From Octopus bimaculoides (taxonomy: Eukaryota): DNA of 64,000 nucleotides. The stretch's first letter is position 1; the number at the start of each line of letters is the position of its first letter. The notes under the pieces are model-generated. The model was given only the letters and a program-made list of their open reading frames with translations, did not search any database and was not told the DNA's origin. The DNA lies in assembly GCF_001194135.2 (NCBI RefSeq), contig NC_068991.1, positions 50,608,909 through 50,672,908 on the forward strand, given 5' to 3'. Below are positions 37,301 to 47,485 of this stretch, piece after piece. The position numbers and the translations under genes were made by a program.

Positions 37301-40300
37301 GATTACTAGTTCTTTCAAATATATCAACTTTAATCGATCAACTTTGGACAAAAGTAAGTCTACCAAACTGAATAACCCATTTAACATGAGTGATCTAATG
37401 GAAGGAACTTCATCTAAAGTAGATCCAATAATTTGTGGAAATGTATCTGTTTAAGTAATGAGAAATGAATGGAAAATTGATTGAGAATTAAAAAATTGGT
37501 TTATAGCATCATCATCAATTAACATCTGTCTTCTATGCCGGCATGGGTTGCACGGTTTGACAGGAGCTGGCAAGCTGTACCAGGCTCCATTGTCTGCTTT
37601 GGCATGGTTTCTTTGGCTGGATGCCCTTCCTAGTACCAACCACTTTACAGCGTGTAGTGAGTGCTTTTTATGTGGCACCAACACCAGCAGGGTCACCAAA
37701 TAACTTGCAAGACAAAGACTGCTCAGCTGGGAGAGGGAATGGAAGTGAGGGAAGTGACTATGTGCCAGGCGAGAGTTAAAGTATAATAGAGGTATAGAGA
37801 TAGGTGTCTTAGTAGAGAGAAAATAACTGGTCATCCCAGTAGGAAAAGGAGAGGAAAGAATGATAGAGAGAGAGAGAGAAATATATTGTGTTAGAAATGT
37901 ATCAGGACATACCCACAAACGATGAATATAAGTGGTACAGAGGGATAGAAGGGGATGTTTTATAAGAGTGAAGTTAAACTTGGTTGTTTATAGAAATCCA
38001 ATCACGTTGCTGTGTTATTTTGATTAGATTTTAACACTGTTGCAATTGTGCTTTGTGATGGTTGAAAGTCCTGTGAAACGCTCTGATACATCCTATCTTA
38101 AACCAATTCACATAAAAACCTGTACAATTGCTTTTCCACAAATTAGGTTAAGCACTGGTGCCACATGTAAAGCATCTGGTACACTCTGTAAAGTGGCTGG
38201 CATTAGGAAGGGCATCCAGCTGTAGAAACCATGCCAAAACTGGTACAAGTCTCCAAAAAAGCAGATGTTAAATGATAATGATGTTTGACTGTTAGTAAAA
38301 TTCTCTAAAAAAACTCCATACAAAAATTAAAAAGTTAATACTGGGTTGGTTTACTACAATTACTAGAAATCTAAACACGACTCTAATGCTTTAAATTGGT
38401 GCCACTATCCTCATTAGTTGGTTATTCCTCCACCTTTTATCAAGGAATGTTTTGATAGGTTTAATCGTTTAGCATTTAAACTAGCCATATCAGGCCCCAA
38501 ACTTCTACTTGTTTTTATGCTCAAATCAGCTAGACCAGGCTTTTCATACCTACCCTACAATGTCATCGTAAAAATAAACAATCACATCATTGAAATCTCA
38601 AAACTACGCAATAAAGCATGGTTAATGCAAAACAATGTGAATAAATAGGCATTGTATTTGATGAAATAATCTGAATGCTAAAAGATTAAAGCTTATTTCA
38701 GTTTTTCTAAGTCCTTAGAAGATAAGTGACATTTCCCCATCCAGATAGACTATAATGTTGCAAGTTCATGAAATACTTCTCAATTATAGAGTTCTATTAT
38801 TTGTACAAGAGAGAAGACTGCGCTGGTTTGGTCATGTGATGTGTATGGATGAGGACAGCTGCATAAAGAAGTGCCAAGCTCTAATTGTGGAGGGTACCTG
38901 TGGAACAGGTAGACCCAGGAAGATGTGAGACAAAGTAGTGAGAAAGTATCTTCGGATACTGGGCCTTACTGAGGAAATGACAAGAGACCAGAAGATGTGG
39001 CAATTTGCTGAACTTGATAAGACACATCAAACTAAGTAAAATCGCTGTCTTCCACACATACAGGCTTGTCCTTTGCAGATGCCAGTGCCTCTTAAAAAGC
39101 ACCCATGCTGGTGCTGCATAAATGCACCTGCACCAGTGGCATGTAAAAAGCACCCAGCATACTCTGCTAAGTGGTTGGCATTAGGAAGGGAATCCAGCCA
39201 TAGAAACCATGCCATAACAGACAGTTGGAGTCTAGACAGCTCCCTGTTAGCCAGTTCCACATCAAACTATCTGACCCATGCTAGCATGAAAAGTGGACGT
39301 TAAACGAGGATGATGAGATTGGTTTACATTATGACACCTGCTTACAACCTGGTGGATTAACCCATAAACTCTTTAGTATTTAAACCGACCATATCCAGCC
39401 AAAATATTTTACCTGTTTTATGTAAAAACAGGCCAGATTCAGCCTCTCACACCTACCCTACAATGTTAGTCTAAAAACAAACAATCACATAATCGAAATC
39501 TCAAGGCTATAAGATAATGCAGGATAAATTCAAAACAATGTGAATAAATAACCATTACATTTGGTGAAATAATCTGAATGTGAAAAGTTTAAAGTTAAAT
39601 GCCTTTGTTATGGAGAAAATGATGTACAACTAGTTAATACATCTTCCAACTGCAACTCTTCTCCAATATCAATAATATTTATTAAATAACAATAGAAACA
39701 ATAACCTCTATAAAATCTGTTTCAGGTAGATCTATACAGCCTAAATATCAGTTAATAAACAGGTTAATAAACAGGTTCACAAAGACATCAGGGGAAATAA
39801 CTGGGAAATTTTACGTCTGTCTATAGTGAAACAAAATTTCAAAGATACACTGTAAAAAGAATTACCTTTTATCTAATTTGATCCATGCTTCAGACCAGCG
39901 TTCTGGGTTTCCATTTCTGGAACATAATCGTAATAATTAAATACCATGATCAGATGTATCCAGTGTTTAACTGTGTAAAAGAGGACATTATTAAGTACTG
40001 ACAACCATCAAATTCGTTCCTTGTTGGTTCAACAATCTACAGTTGACTTGTTCTCTCTCTCTTTCTTTCTCTCTGTAATTCTCAGTTCTTTCTCCTGCCA
40101 GGAATGTGTCAGAGAAAACTACAATGCTTTCCCAGCAATGCACACCATACATATACCACAAGTGACAGGATGTAAACCTTTTGACTCTTTCTCCTTAAGG
40201 GACAACAGTTTATATACTTCACACATATCAACACATATAGACCATATTCAAGAAGACATGTCTACCACAGAAGAATTGATATTGATGCTGGTGCCACATA

Positions 40301-43300
40301 AAAAGCACCCAGTACATGCTGTGGAGTGGTTGGCATTAGGAAGGGCATCCAGTCATAGAAACCATGCCAGAACAGACTATGGAGCCTAGTGTGGCTCCTG
40401 GCCTTACCAGCTCTGGTCAAACTGTCCAACCCATGCCAGCAGGGAAGATGGAAGTTAAATGATGATAACGATCACACACCCACACACCCCTACATATATA
40501 GACATAAAAATACATAGAATATATCCAGGTAAAACTAGACAATTACACATTATGCATACACAAATAACAATCTATTTATACTAATATTTTACAAATATCA
40601 TCACTCCCCACCACAGCCCTCATCATCATCATCATTACTGCATTTACATCTACTTTATGGGTTGGGTGGGACATTTTGAGTTGATGCTGAATGGTTTGAC
40701 ACCCTTCCTGATACCAACTTTTTAGTTGCTTATCATGAAACACAGGCATACAAGTAAACCCATTCTAAAAATTGGGATACACAAGATAACAAATATGAAA
40801 CAATATTTGAACTAAATTCAGACTTTCTACAATTTCTTCTTTTTTTTTCGCTCCCTTATAGTTAGGAGGGAGGGTTATACTCATTGTCCATTTTAAGGGC
40901 CTCTGAGGCTTGTGGGAGGGAAGGAAGAAGAGACCAGTTCTGAATGCTTGCAACAGAGGAGACTGCTAAAAGAATCCAAAGTGCCCATTGATGGTGTGAA
41001 ACCAAGCAACTAAACCATAACAGGATTTGAACTCAGAACCTAAACATCTGCTCCAATATTCTTACAATTCCACCAATTTGCTATCTTGGATTGGTGTTTT
41101 ATTACTGACTCTGAAAAGATGAAAAGTAAAAAGTAAAGTTGACTTAAATGAAATTTGAACTCAGACACAGAGTCAGAACAAATAACACAAAACATTTCTT
41201 ATCCAATGCTCTGCCAACTCTGACAACAGTAAGTAAACACCATTTTTGTTTGAATGGGTGAAACAGTCAAATCAGAACCATTCTTATCCAAATATATTCT
41301 GGTATTGTATTGCTTACTCTTCTATCTTGATTGTATCTATTTTAACTGGGGAAAGATGGAGCTTAGCAATCAAAAACACTAACTTATACAGTCTCAGCAC
41401 TGCTTAAGCTGTTGACATGGCACCCATTTTCTGGAGGTTTCCATAAATAGTATTGAAAATATTCAATCCACCTTTATTGGTGGCACTTGACACAAGAAGG
41501 TAAGATCAAATAGTGAAACTATAATTGTAGAGTAACTCCTGTCATTTCACAAATTTTTCAGTTACTATTCTTACCACCATTGTCTAGTCTTTATTATGAG
41601 AGACAAACTGTTTATCTGAATATTTCATAATTGAGAAACACTTATGGTGAACAAGTAAACAATTGATTAAAACATTCACACAGTTTCATAAAATGTCCAT
41701 CTGGTATTAATCAAATGTCACCTTCCAGTGGACTCTTACTGTAACGAAAAAATGAAAGCTATATCGTTGCTGTAGACATCAGCAAAGCTTTTGACCATGT
41801 CCAGCCTGTGAATCTGCAACTGAAACTTTCATCCTTATGGATTTAATCCATCTCTCATCTCTAGATTCAGTAGCTTCCTGTCATCATGTTGTTACAGCTT
41901 TTTCTCTCTTACACACAATCAAGTCTGGTGTATCCCAGAGTCCAGTTTTATCCCCCACTCTCTTTCATCTAGATATCAGTGATGTTCTTGCTTTCACAGC
42001 CAACACTGCCCTCTCTTACTCAGATGATTCAACAATTCATTCTTCTCTGATTTTTTATCAACCATGCATCATCCACGGGCAATCTAGACTTAACATGCCA
42101 AACTCACACCAATTCCATGAACAGAGACGTTGAGAGCATTTTACAGAGGGGGTCATGCCAATATTGACTCTTTCAGCAACAAAAGAAACACAAGCACTAC
42201 ATATATTAAGTAGTGCTCTCAAAAACGAGCAGCACTCTAAGCTAGAGTCCTCACAGTTGCCCCAAATGAGAGGCCTCGTTATCAATAAGAATCTCTCCAG
42301 GAGAAAGTACATCTTTAACAAAGCTAGGACACCTCAAAAACTGACCCTTCTCTTCAGGGCCTGAAAGTACAAAGAAACTGAAGATAATTCTTACCTTTTT
42401 AAATATTTTATAACTGCAAGCAAGACATCTTTGTTGGGTAACCACCTATATTTGTGCATCAGGTGAAACAGATCATCAACAGAAAACTTACTGTTACTTT
42501 GACATGTGTCCAAAAAGGATAGATATACTTCTTCTGTTGGTGATAAACCTTTTGAACCTACTTTATGCAACAGAAGTGTGCAGCTGTCAATATCTGCACA
42601 ACGTATTGCAGCAAGAATGATGGGAGTGTAATGTTTGGGCAGTGTTGGTTGAGTTAACTCTAATGTGGACAATAGTTGAAAGCAATCCTTCCAACTATTT
42701 GTACAACATAATCCATATATAACATATTTAATAGTCTGGCAATCTAACAGTCCACCAGTGGAGTCTAACAACTGTTGATATAATTGCAATATAGTCTTCT
42801 GGTCTTCAGGTGATGCTCTGTTGCTAAGTAACGTCATAAACAGTGAAATAGTAGCAATATTAAGTGATCGACCTTGACTCTTTAAATAATCAGCAAGAGA
42901 TATACCAAGTTCAACCAACTTACTGCTATTAATGAAACTCATACAGCAAGCTTCCCAAGATATTTTCAAGTTAGCGTTGTCTTCAAGAAGCTCTTTTTCT
43001 AATTTATTCCAGTCTTCTGATGTCATTTTTGTTATGGATTTAGAATCAAGTTGTTCTTTGAATTCAAAAAGACGTCTGCTTCCATTTAATTTTCTGGGTT
43101 TGTAGTTACCAATATCCTCGTCCTTGTCATCAATCTCTTGATAGTCTTCAAGAGAAGAAAAATTCCTTTGTCTATAAACAAACAACAGCTTGTTATTGAG
43201 TCCAGTATGTAATTGAAAACAAGATGGTTTCACATAGTAGAGATGTGACATATGTTTATGACACAGATGGAAACATCGACCACTTTGAGCAAAGAGTTGG

Positions 43301-43353
43301 TAAGGTCCAAAAGTTTTTAGCAAGGCCCATTTTTGAAATGTTCTGGAAAACAT
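28016..43353 (-). CDS. PRORP: Mitochondrial ribonuclease P catalytic subunit (PRORP/MRPP3/KIAA0391), complete spliced CDS, 6 coding exons, 574 aa
   Basis: Exons 43353-42395, 39916-39866, 36781-36538, 33827-33688, 31844-31652 and 28153-28016 join with GT-AG sites and consistent phases (1725 nt). The protein has a basic N-terminal presequence-like segment, a helical PPR-like region, zinc ligands (CPNC, WHIP, WLCL) and NYN nuclease motifs FDVVFDSLN, SEDDPY, DEMRDHK. Confidence 0.96.
30310..30980 (+). mobile_element. RTE LINE RT C-terminal fragment in PRORP last intron
   Basis: ORF 30467..30787 RIGKANNVFLKLKRIW...LFGCESWPL..RKLKIFQQRCL. Confidence 0.88.
31355..31616 (-). mobile_element. LINE RT C-terminal fragment, inverted relative to the copy at 33144-33416
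   Basis: Reverse complement aligns with 33144-33416. Confidence 0.85.
31652..31844 (-). CDS. PRORP: PRORP catalytic exon (SEDDPYLIYATL...DEMRDHK...IIFQ)
   Basis: Inside ORF 31586..31930. tttcag acceptor, gtgaga donor. Carries the DD and D catalytic motifs. Confidence 0.96.
31932..32465 (+). mobile_element. RTE-tail repeat family (SINE or 5'-truncated LINE). Other copies at ~32849-33118(-), 37510-37700(-), 38140-38280, 40280-40470, 43640-43830(-), 49080-49445, 52920-53130, 54960-55085, 60015-60185, 61295-61720, 62590-62870
   Basis: Near-identical repeated core ending in cggacgttaaacgatgatgat. Confidence 0.9.
33144..33416 (+). mobile_element. LINE RT C-terminal fragment (SLWKSFLAQVFPTDVDLESFKSNIN)
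   Basis: CR1/Jockey-group C-terminal motif. Confidence 0.82.
33688..33827 (-). CDS. PRORP: PRORP exon (LRKAVEYF...VLVVGRKYML...ASCFFIEN)
   Basis: tgacag acceptor, gtaagt donor. Matches the LVLGRKHML / ASCFF segment of PRORP proteins. Confidence 0.94.
34297..34392. repeat. (ACT)n/(ATT)n microsatellite at a SINE tail
   Basis: Direct inspection. Confidence 0.95.
34430..34760 (-). mobile_element. 3' fragment of an RLE-type (R4/Dong/NeSL-like) non-LTR retrotransposon
   Basis: Minus strand reads PDVTFL...FFNVSIPADQNIVKIEDKKFRKYQDLGLEV, a PD..(D/E)..K restriction-like endonuclease pattern. Confidence 0.75.
36538..36781 (-). CDS. PRORP: PRORP exon (GICPNC...FDVVFDSLNV...SFQ)
   Basis: Inside ORF 36505..36858. 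ctcag acceptor, gtatgt donor. Carries the zinc CxxC and the first catalytic Asp motif. Confidence 0.95.
36990..37254 (+). mobile_element. hAT (Charlie/Buster-type) MITE, complete
   Basis: TIR CAGGGGTTTTCAAACT / AGTTTGAAAACTCCTG; perfect TSD GTTTAGAC on both sides. Confidence 0.92.
38810..39315 (+). mobile_element. RTE LINE 3' end with (GAT)n tail
   Basis: RRLRWFGHVMCMDEDSCIKKC..GRPRKMW runs directly into the abundant 'ggcattaggaagggcatccagc...gttaaacgatgatg' tail. Confidence 0.88.
39866..39916 (-). CDS. PRORP: PRORP 51-nt coding exon (NGNPERWSEAWIKLDKR)
   Basis: ttccag acceptor and gtaatt donor, phase 2-2. Fills the linker expected before GICPNC. Not in the ORF track. Confidence 0.88.
41740..42130 (+). 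mobile_element. CR1/Jockey-group LINE RT fragment
   Basis: DISKAFDHV and GVSQSPVLSPTLF...YSDDSTI RT motifs. Confidence 0.82.
42395..43353 (-). CDS. PRORP: PRORP first coding exon (MFSRTFQKW...VIKYLKR)
   Basis: ORF 42391..43353 with true ATG at 43353. Acceptor ttacag at 43406 upstream of the ATG implies an unlocated 5' UTR exon. Donor AG|gtaa at 42394, phase 2. Confidence 0.93.
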
Positions 43354-45488
43354 TTTTCACTCCACCAAAGAAAATGGTTCAAATAATTGATAGGTTTTCA
43401 AATTTCTGTAATTAGAAAATGAAAAACAAAAATAAAACACATTAAAAATGATATCAGAAATTATATAACATTTAATGTTGTCTACGTTTTTGTAATAAAT
43501 CACAGTGAACAAGTTCTCCATGGGAAGTGTGATCATGAAAGTCAAGATGAAGATGTAAATAAATGATTCTGTATCATGAAAACCAGGTGGCAAAAATGGA
43601 ATTACCAAAGAACCATTCACCTTTTCAGGAATATCATTATCATCATCATCATCATTCAATGTCTGTTGTCCATGCTGGTATGGGTTAGACAGTTTGACCA
43701 GAGCAGACAGGCAAGCTGGGGAGCTGTACTAGACTCCAGTCTGATTTGGCATGGTTTCCACAGCTAGATGCCCTTCCTAATGCTAACTACTTTACAGAGT
43801 ATGCTGGGTGCTTTTATGTGCTGGCGTTTTTATGCGGTACTGCCATGAGTACTTTTCACCACCAGAGGGACCAGTGTTAACACTTCTGTTGTGGAGTATG
43901 AGTCTTCTTGAGTACACTAAAGTGCCAGGCATCTCGGTCTTTCGTCATCTTGCCTGTAAAGTTCAGAGCCCTGAAGTTATTCTTCAGTACTTCATCCCAT
44001 ATCTTCTGGGTCTCCCATTTCTAATTAGTTAACTGTCCATGTATTTCAAGTCATTTTTCAATATTACCAACAGACAGCAAAGTTTATCAGAGTAACAAAC
44101 ATTAAACAAGGAAGCTTCAAAATGATCTCACAGACACCCATATCTCCTTCAAATCACGTTCTACTGTCTTTTATAAGGAAAAGATGAATTAGACATAGTA
44201 GTTTTGCATACTCTTAACGAGTGAGCATAATCATGGCTAGAATACTTTTATCCTAGATCTGTTCATTCAGTATTGTAAACAAAATGTTCTATAAAAATTG
44301 GGTCAGAATCAAAGATTGCTGGCTTTGTAACAAAATTTGAAATTATTATCATTATTCTTAATTTTGGCACAAGACCTGCAATTTGTAAGGGGTTGGGGTA
44401 AGTCGAATGCATCGACCAGAATACTTAACTGATACTTTATTCTATTGATTATGAAAGGATGAAAGGCAAAATTGATCGAGTACTAGGTCGACTTTGTCTT
44501 TCATCCTTTCAGGGTCGATAAAATAAGTACCAGTTGAGCACTGCGGTCGACGTCATCGACTAGTCCCCCCCTCCGAATAGTAGACAGGATCATCATCAAA
44601 ATATTTATTGTCCCATTTTCTCCCAATATAAGCAACACAAAATACATATTCTTCACACAATGTAAAGAGGAATGAGTTAATGTTAATCTGATGAAGTGTC
44701 ACTTAAACGTATCCAACCACACATTGGTGTAATGTTTCACACGAAATGATTTACGTGTTTAAAAATGGAATGATACATAAACAATTATGATTAATATTAA
44801 ATTGGTGCTATATTCATTCTTCGTCTTCTCTTATTTGTCACTCCTCGAAATACTTATACACTGGTTTTAATCCTGAAAAACTTGGAGTTTCTGCCACCAG
44901 TAGACTTGCAAGTTTTCTAAAGTTGCAATCTGAGATTGAGAATAGCTAGGAGTTTGTGTCGAATGCTTCATTAGGAAAAGATCAGGTTTCAACTCTATCA
45001 GGAATTACACGAAAGAGTATCCATGTCTTAAGACGACACTGATAAATGAAAGATGCTTTCGTTTGGTGTGTGCAAAAATAGTAAGGGAAAAAACCCCAGA
45101 GAGATATGGTAAAACAATAACATCTTTTGACCCTCTTCCAGGAAGACAAGTGATGAGTTTGTACAAGATTTTCAGAGAGAAATTCTCGAATTTTTTTCAA
45201 TAAGCTCTACTTTCTCTTTCAATAATTTGTAAAATTAAATATCAGCACTTTTTCATTCACACAAAACTAAATAGTGTTCAACTTCTTCATTTTCAGTTTC
45301 GAAAATAGTTTAAAAACTTCCAAAAACAGGCTATCTTTGGTTTTAGGTACATAATTAGTTCCACAGATATTTGTACTTAAAACCAAAGATTGCGACGATT
45401 TTTTTAAAACCAGATTTCTAAATTATGCTCCGAAAAAGATTGTCAAACCCCAACACCAACGTTTAAGGCCGGTTCTAAAGGATTCTTG

Positions 45489-45689
45489 GGTACTACTAAA
45501 GCAGCACGGTCCCGAACGCGCAGTCGCGCGTCCACGCAAGCTAGTCTTGAGTGGTCGATCCTAACCCTATCCCTAACCCGCGTGTGCAAATGAATACGTG
45601 TTTAGGGTTAGGGTTAGGATCGACCACTCACGACTAGCTAGCGCGGACGCGCGACTGCGCGTTCGAGACCGTGCTGCTTTAGTAGTACC
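45489..45689. mobile_element. 201-bp palindromic MITE with 9-bp TSD (Merlin- or Mutator-like)
   Basis: Arms of ~90 bp beginning GGTACTACTAAAGCAGCACGG. TSD GGATTCTTG at 45480-45488 and 45690-45698. Inner arm ends carry CCCTAA/TTAGGG. Confidence 0.9.
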
Positions 45690-46983
45690 GGATTCTTGGA
45701 TCAAAAACTCCACCGGTTTTTTTAAAATCTCCTCGTCGTAAACAATATTGTGTATCGAAACGAACATCAAAAACAACTTTATTTGAAGATATATTTGATG
45801 ATGAGAACAAACTTCATCGTTTTCGTTTTGTTGTTCTAATTTTATTTTACTCGTGAATCTTCGATGTTAGTAAAATTTAGTGAGGAGCAGTGACCAATTC
45901 GTGTCTCCCTTCAGCAACTCTATTAATAGATCGATAGACAATGGTCCTTTAATGTAATTGAATCAATATAAAAAGTAATTTTAATTCAATAAAATAGCTC
46001 GAAGAGCCATTTTATAGCATATATTCAGGCCAAGTAAATAGCTTATTCCGGTCTTGCTATGAAGGACATTGAAGGGTCTGTCTAAATTTAACTTCTAAAT
46101 TCATCTGTACTATAGATTCAAGGCCAGCAATTAAAGGCGAGGGGAAGCATGTCAATTACATTGATTCCAGTACTTGACGAGTACTTATTTTATTGACCCT
46201 GAAAGAATGAAAGGCAAAGTCGACCTCGGCGGAATTTGAACTCAGAACGTAAAGAGCCAAAAAAAAAAAAAAAAAAAAATGCCGCTCAGAATCTAAGTAA
46301 GGGTTCTGCCAGTTCGCTGCCTTAATATCACTTTTAAATTATAAATGTGTGGAATTGAGTTAACTTGCATAAAGTTAAAAACGTTTTGAGTTTATAAAGT
46401 AAAGGGAAACAATATTATTATAGTAAATATCTCACCGTTTCAATCATGTCCTCCGTGTAAACAAGCAAAGCCAAACCATGAACCATTAACATGTCAGGCG
46501 TGAGAAATAATTACATTTATAGAACAATAATTATTCTTTCAATAATCAAGAATATAATAAACAATCGGTCCGGTAATCTTCAGCAACAAGACAACGTGCG
46601 TGCAATTAATATCAAGGGAGGTAAGTGAGTAATGCACTCTGAATATGAGAAATTTACCGAACGACTAATTGTATTTTTTGTATTTCTTCTGCTTCGACGG
46701 AAGGAATAAAGAATGTGACCCTCCATCGCTCTTGGTAATGTCTTAGAATTTAACCTTAATCTGAAATAAAACGAAAAAAGTTTTCTATTCTACAGTTTAT
46801 CCACCCCAGAGCATCTAACCAACCTCTGAAACCTCGTCCCTACTTATGTCTTTCCGTAAAGTATTGACTTGCAACAGGTTAAAGTTCTCAACGAGGGTCC
46901 ATATAAGATTTAATTGTTAAAAACAAGCAAAGTAACTAGTTAGAAAATCACTAGAAGAGATGAAAGTAATAACTATACTGAGA

Positions 46984-47485
46984 AGTAATGTTTATCGCTA
47001 CATCAATATGGCTGTTTGACGTTACCACCGTTTTTAATCCCGGGAAGAGCCTCCCCCTGCTAGTTATCGATGCAATCTACACCCGATGTACTTTGCAAGC
47101 AGGGTCAAAAACGGTAGAAACGTCCATTCCTACGGAACAGCCATGTCGATGTGCCCAATATAGTTACTACTTTCATCTCTTTCTTAACTAGCTTCTTTGC
47201 TTGTTGCAAGTTAAGTGACTGATTGTCGCTTAGTTTTCTATATACATGGAGCGAATCCGTGCTATCTCTAACGGACGGGTGTTCAGCAATGAGGATGGGT
47301 ACAAATAGCCCGAAACTATGGGTGGGTGATCCTGTCGTCTGCGAGAAGATGGTAGAGGTTCACTTCCCTACTTGCAATGTATATCGGGTGCAGATTACAT
47401 AGCCAGCGGCTCCTCCCGGGGTTAAAAGCGGTAGAAACGTTGATTTCTACGGAACAGCTATATTGATGTGACGATAAGCAGTACT
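46984..47485. repeat. Compound inverted/direct repeat, probable MITE remnant
   Basis: 46984-47100 is inverted relative to 47372-47485; 47101-47168 is a second inverted copy of 46984-47040. Confidence 0.75.

Noticed and set aside
44688-44712. CTGATGA-AGT GTC ACT-TAAACGTA hammerhead-like string
   Set aside because: G12 is replaced by T and stem I cannot pair.
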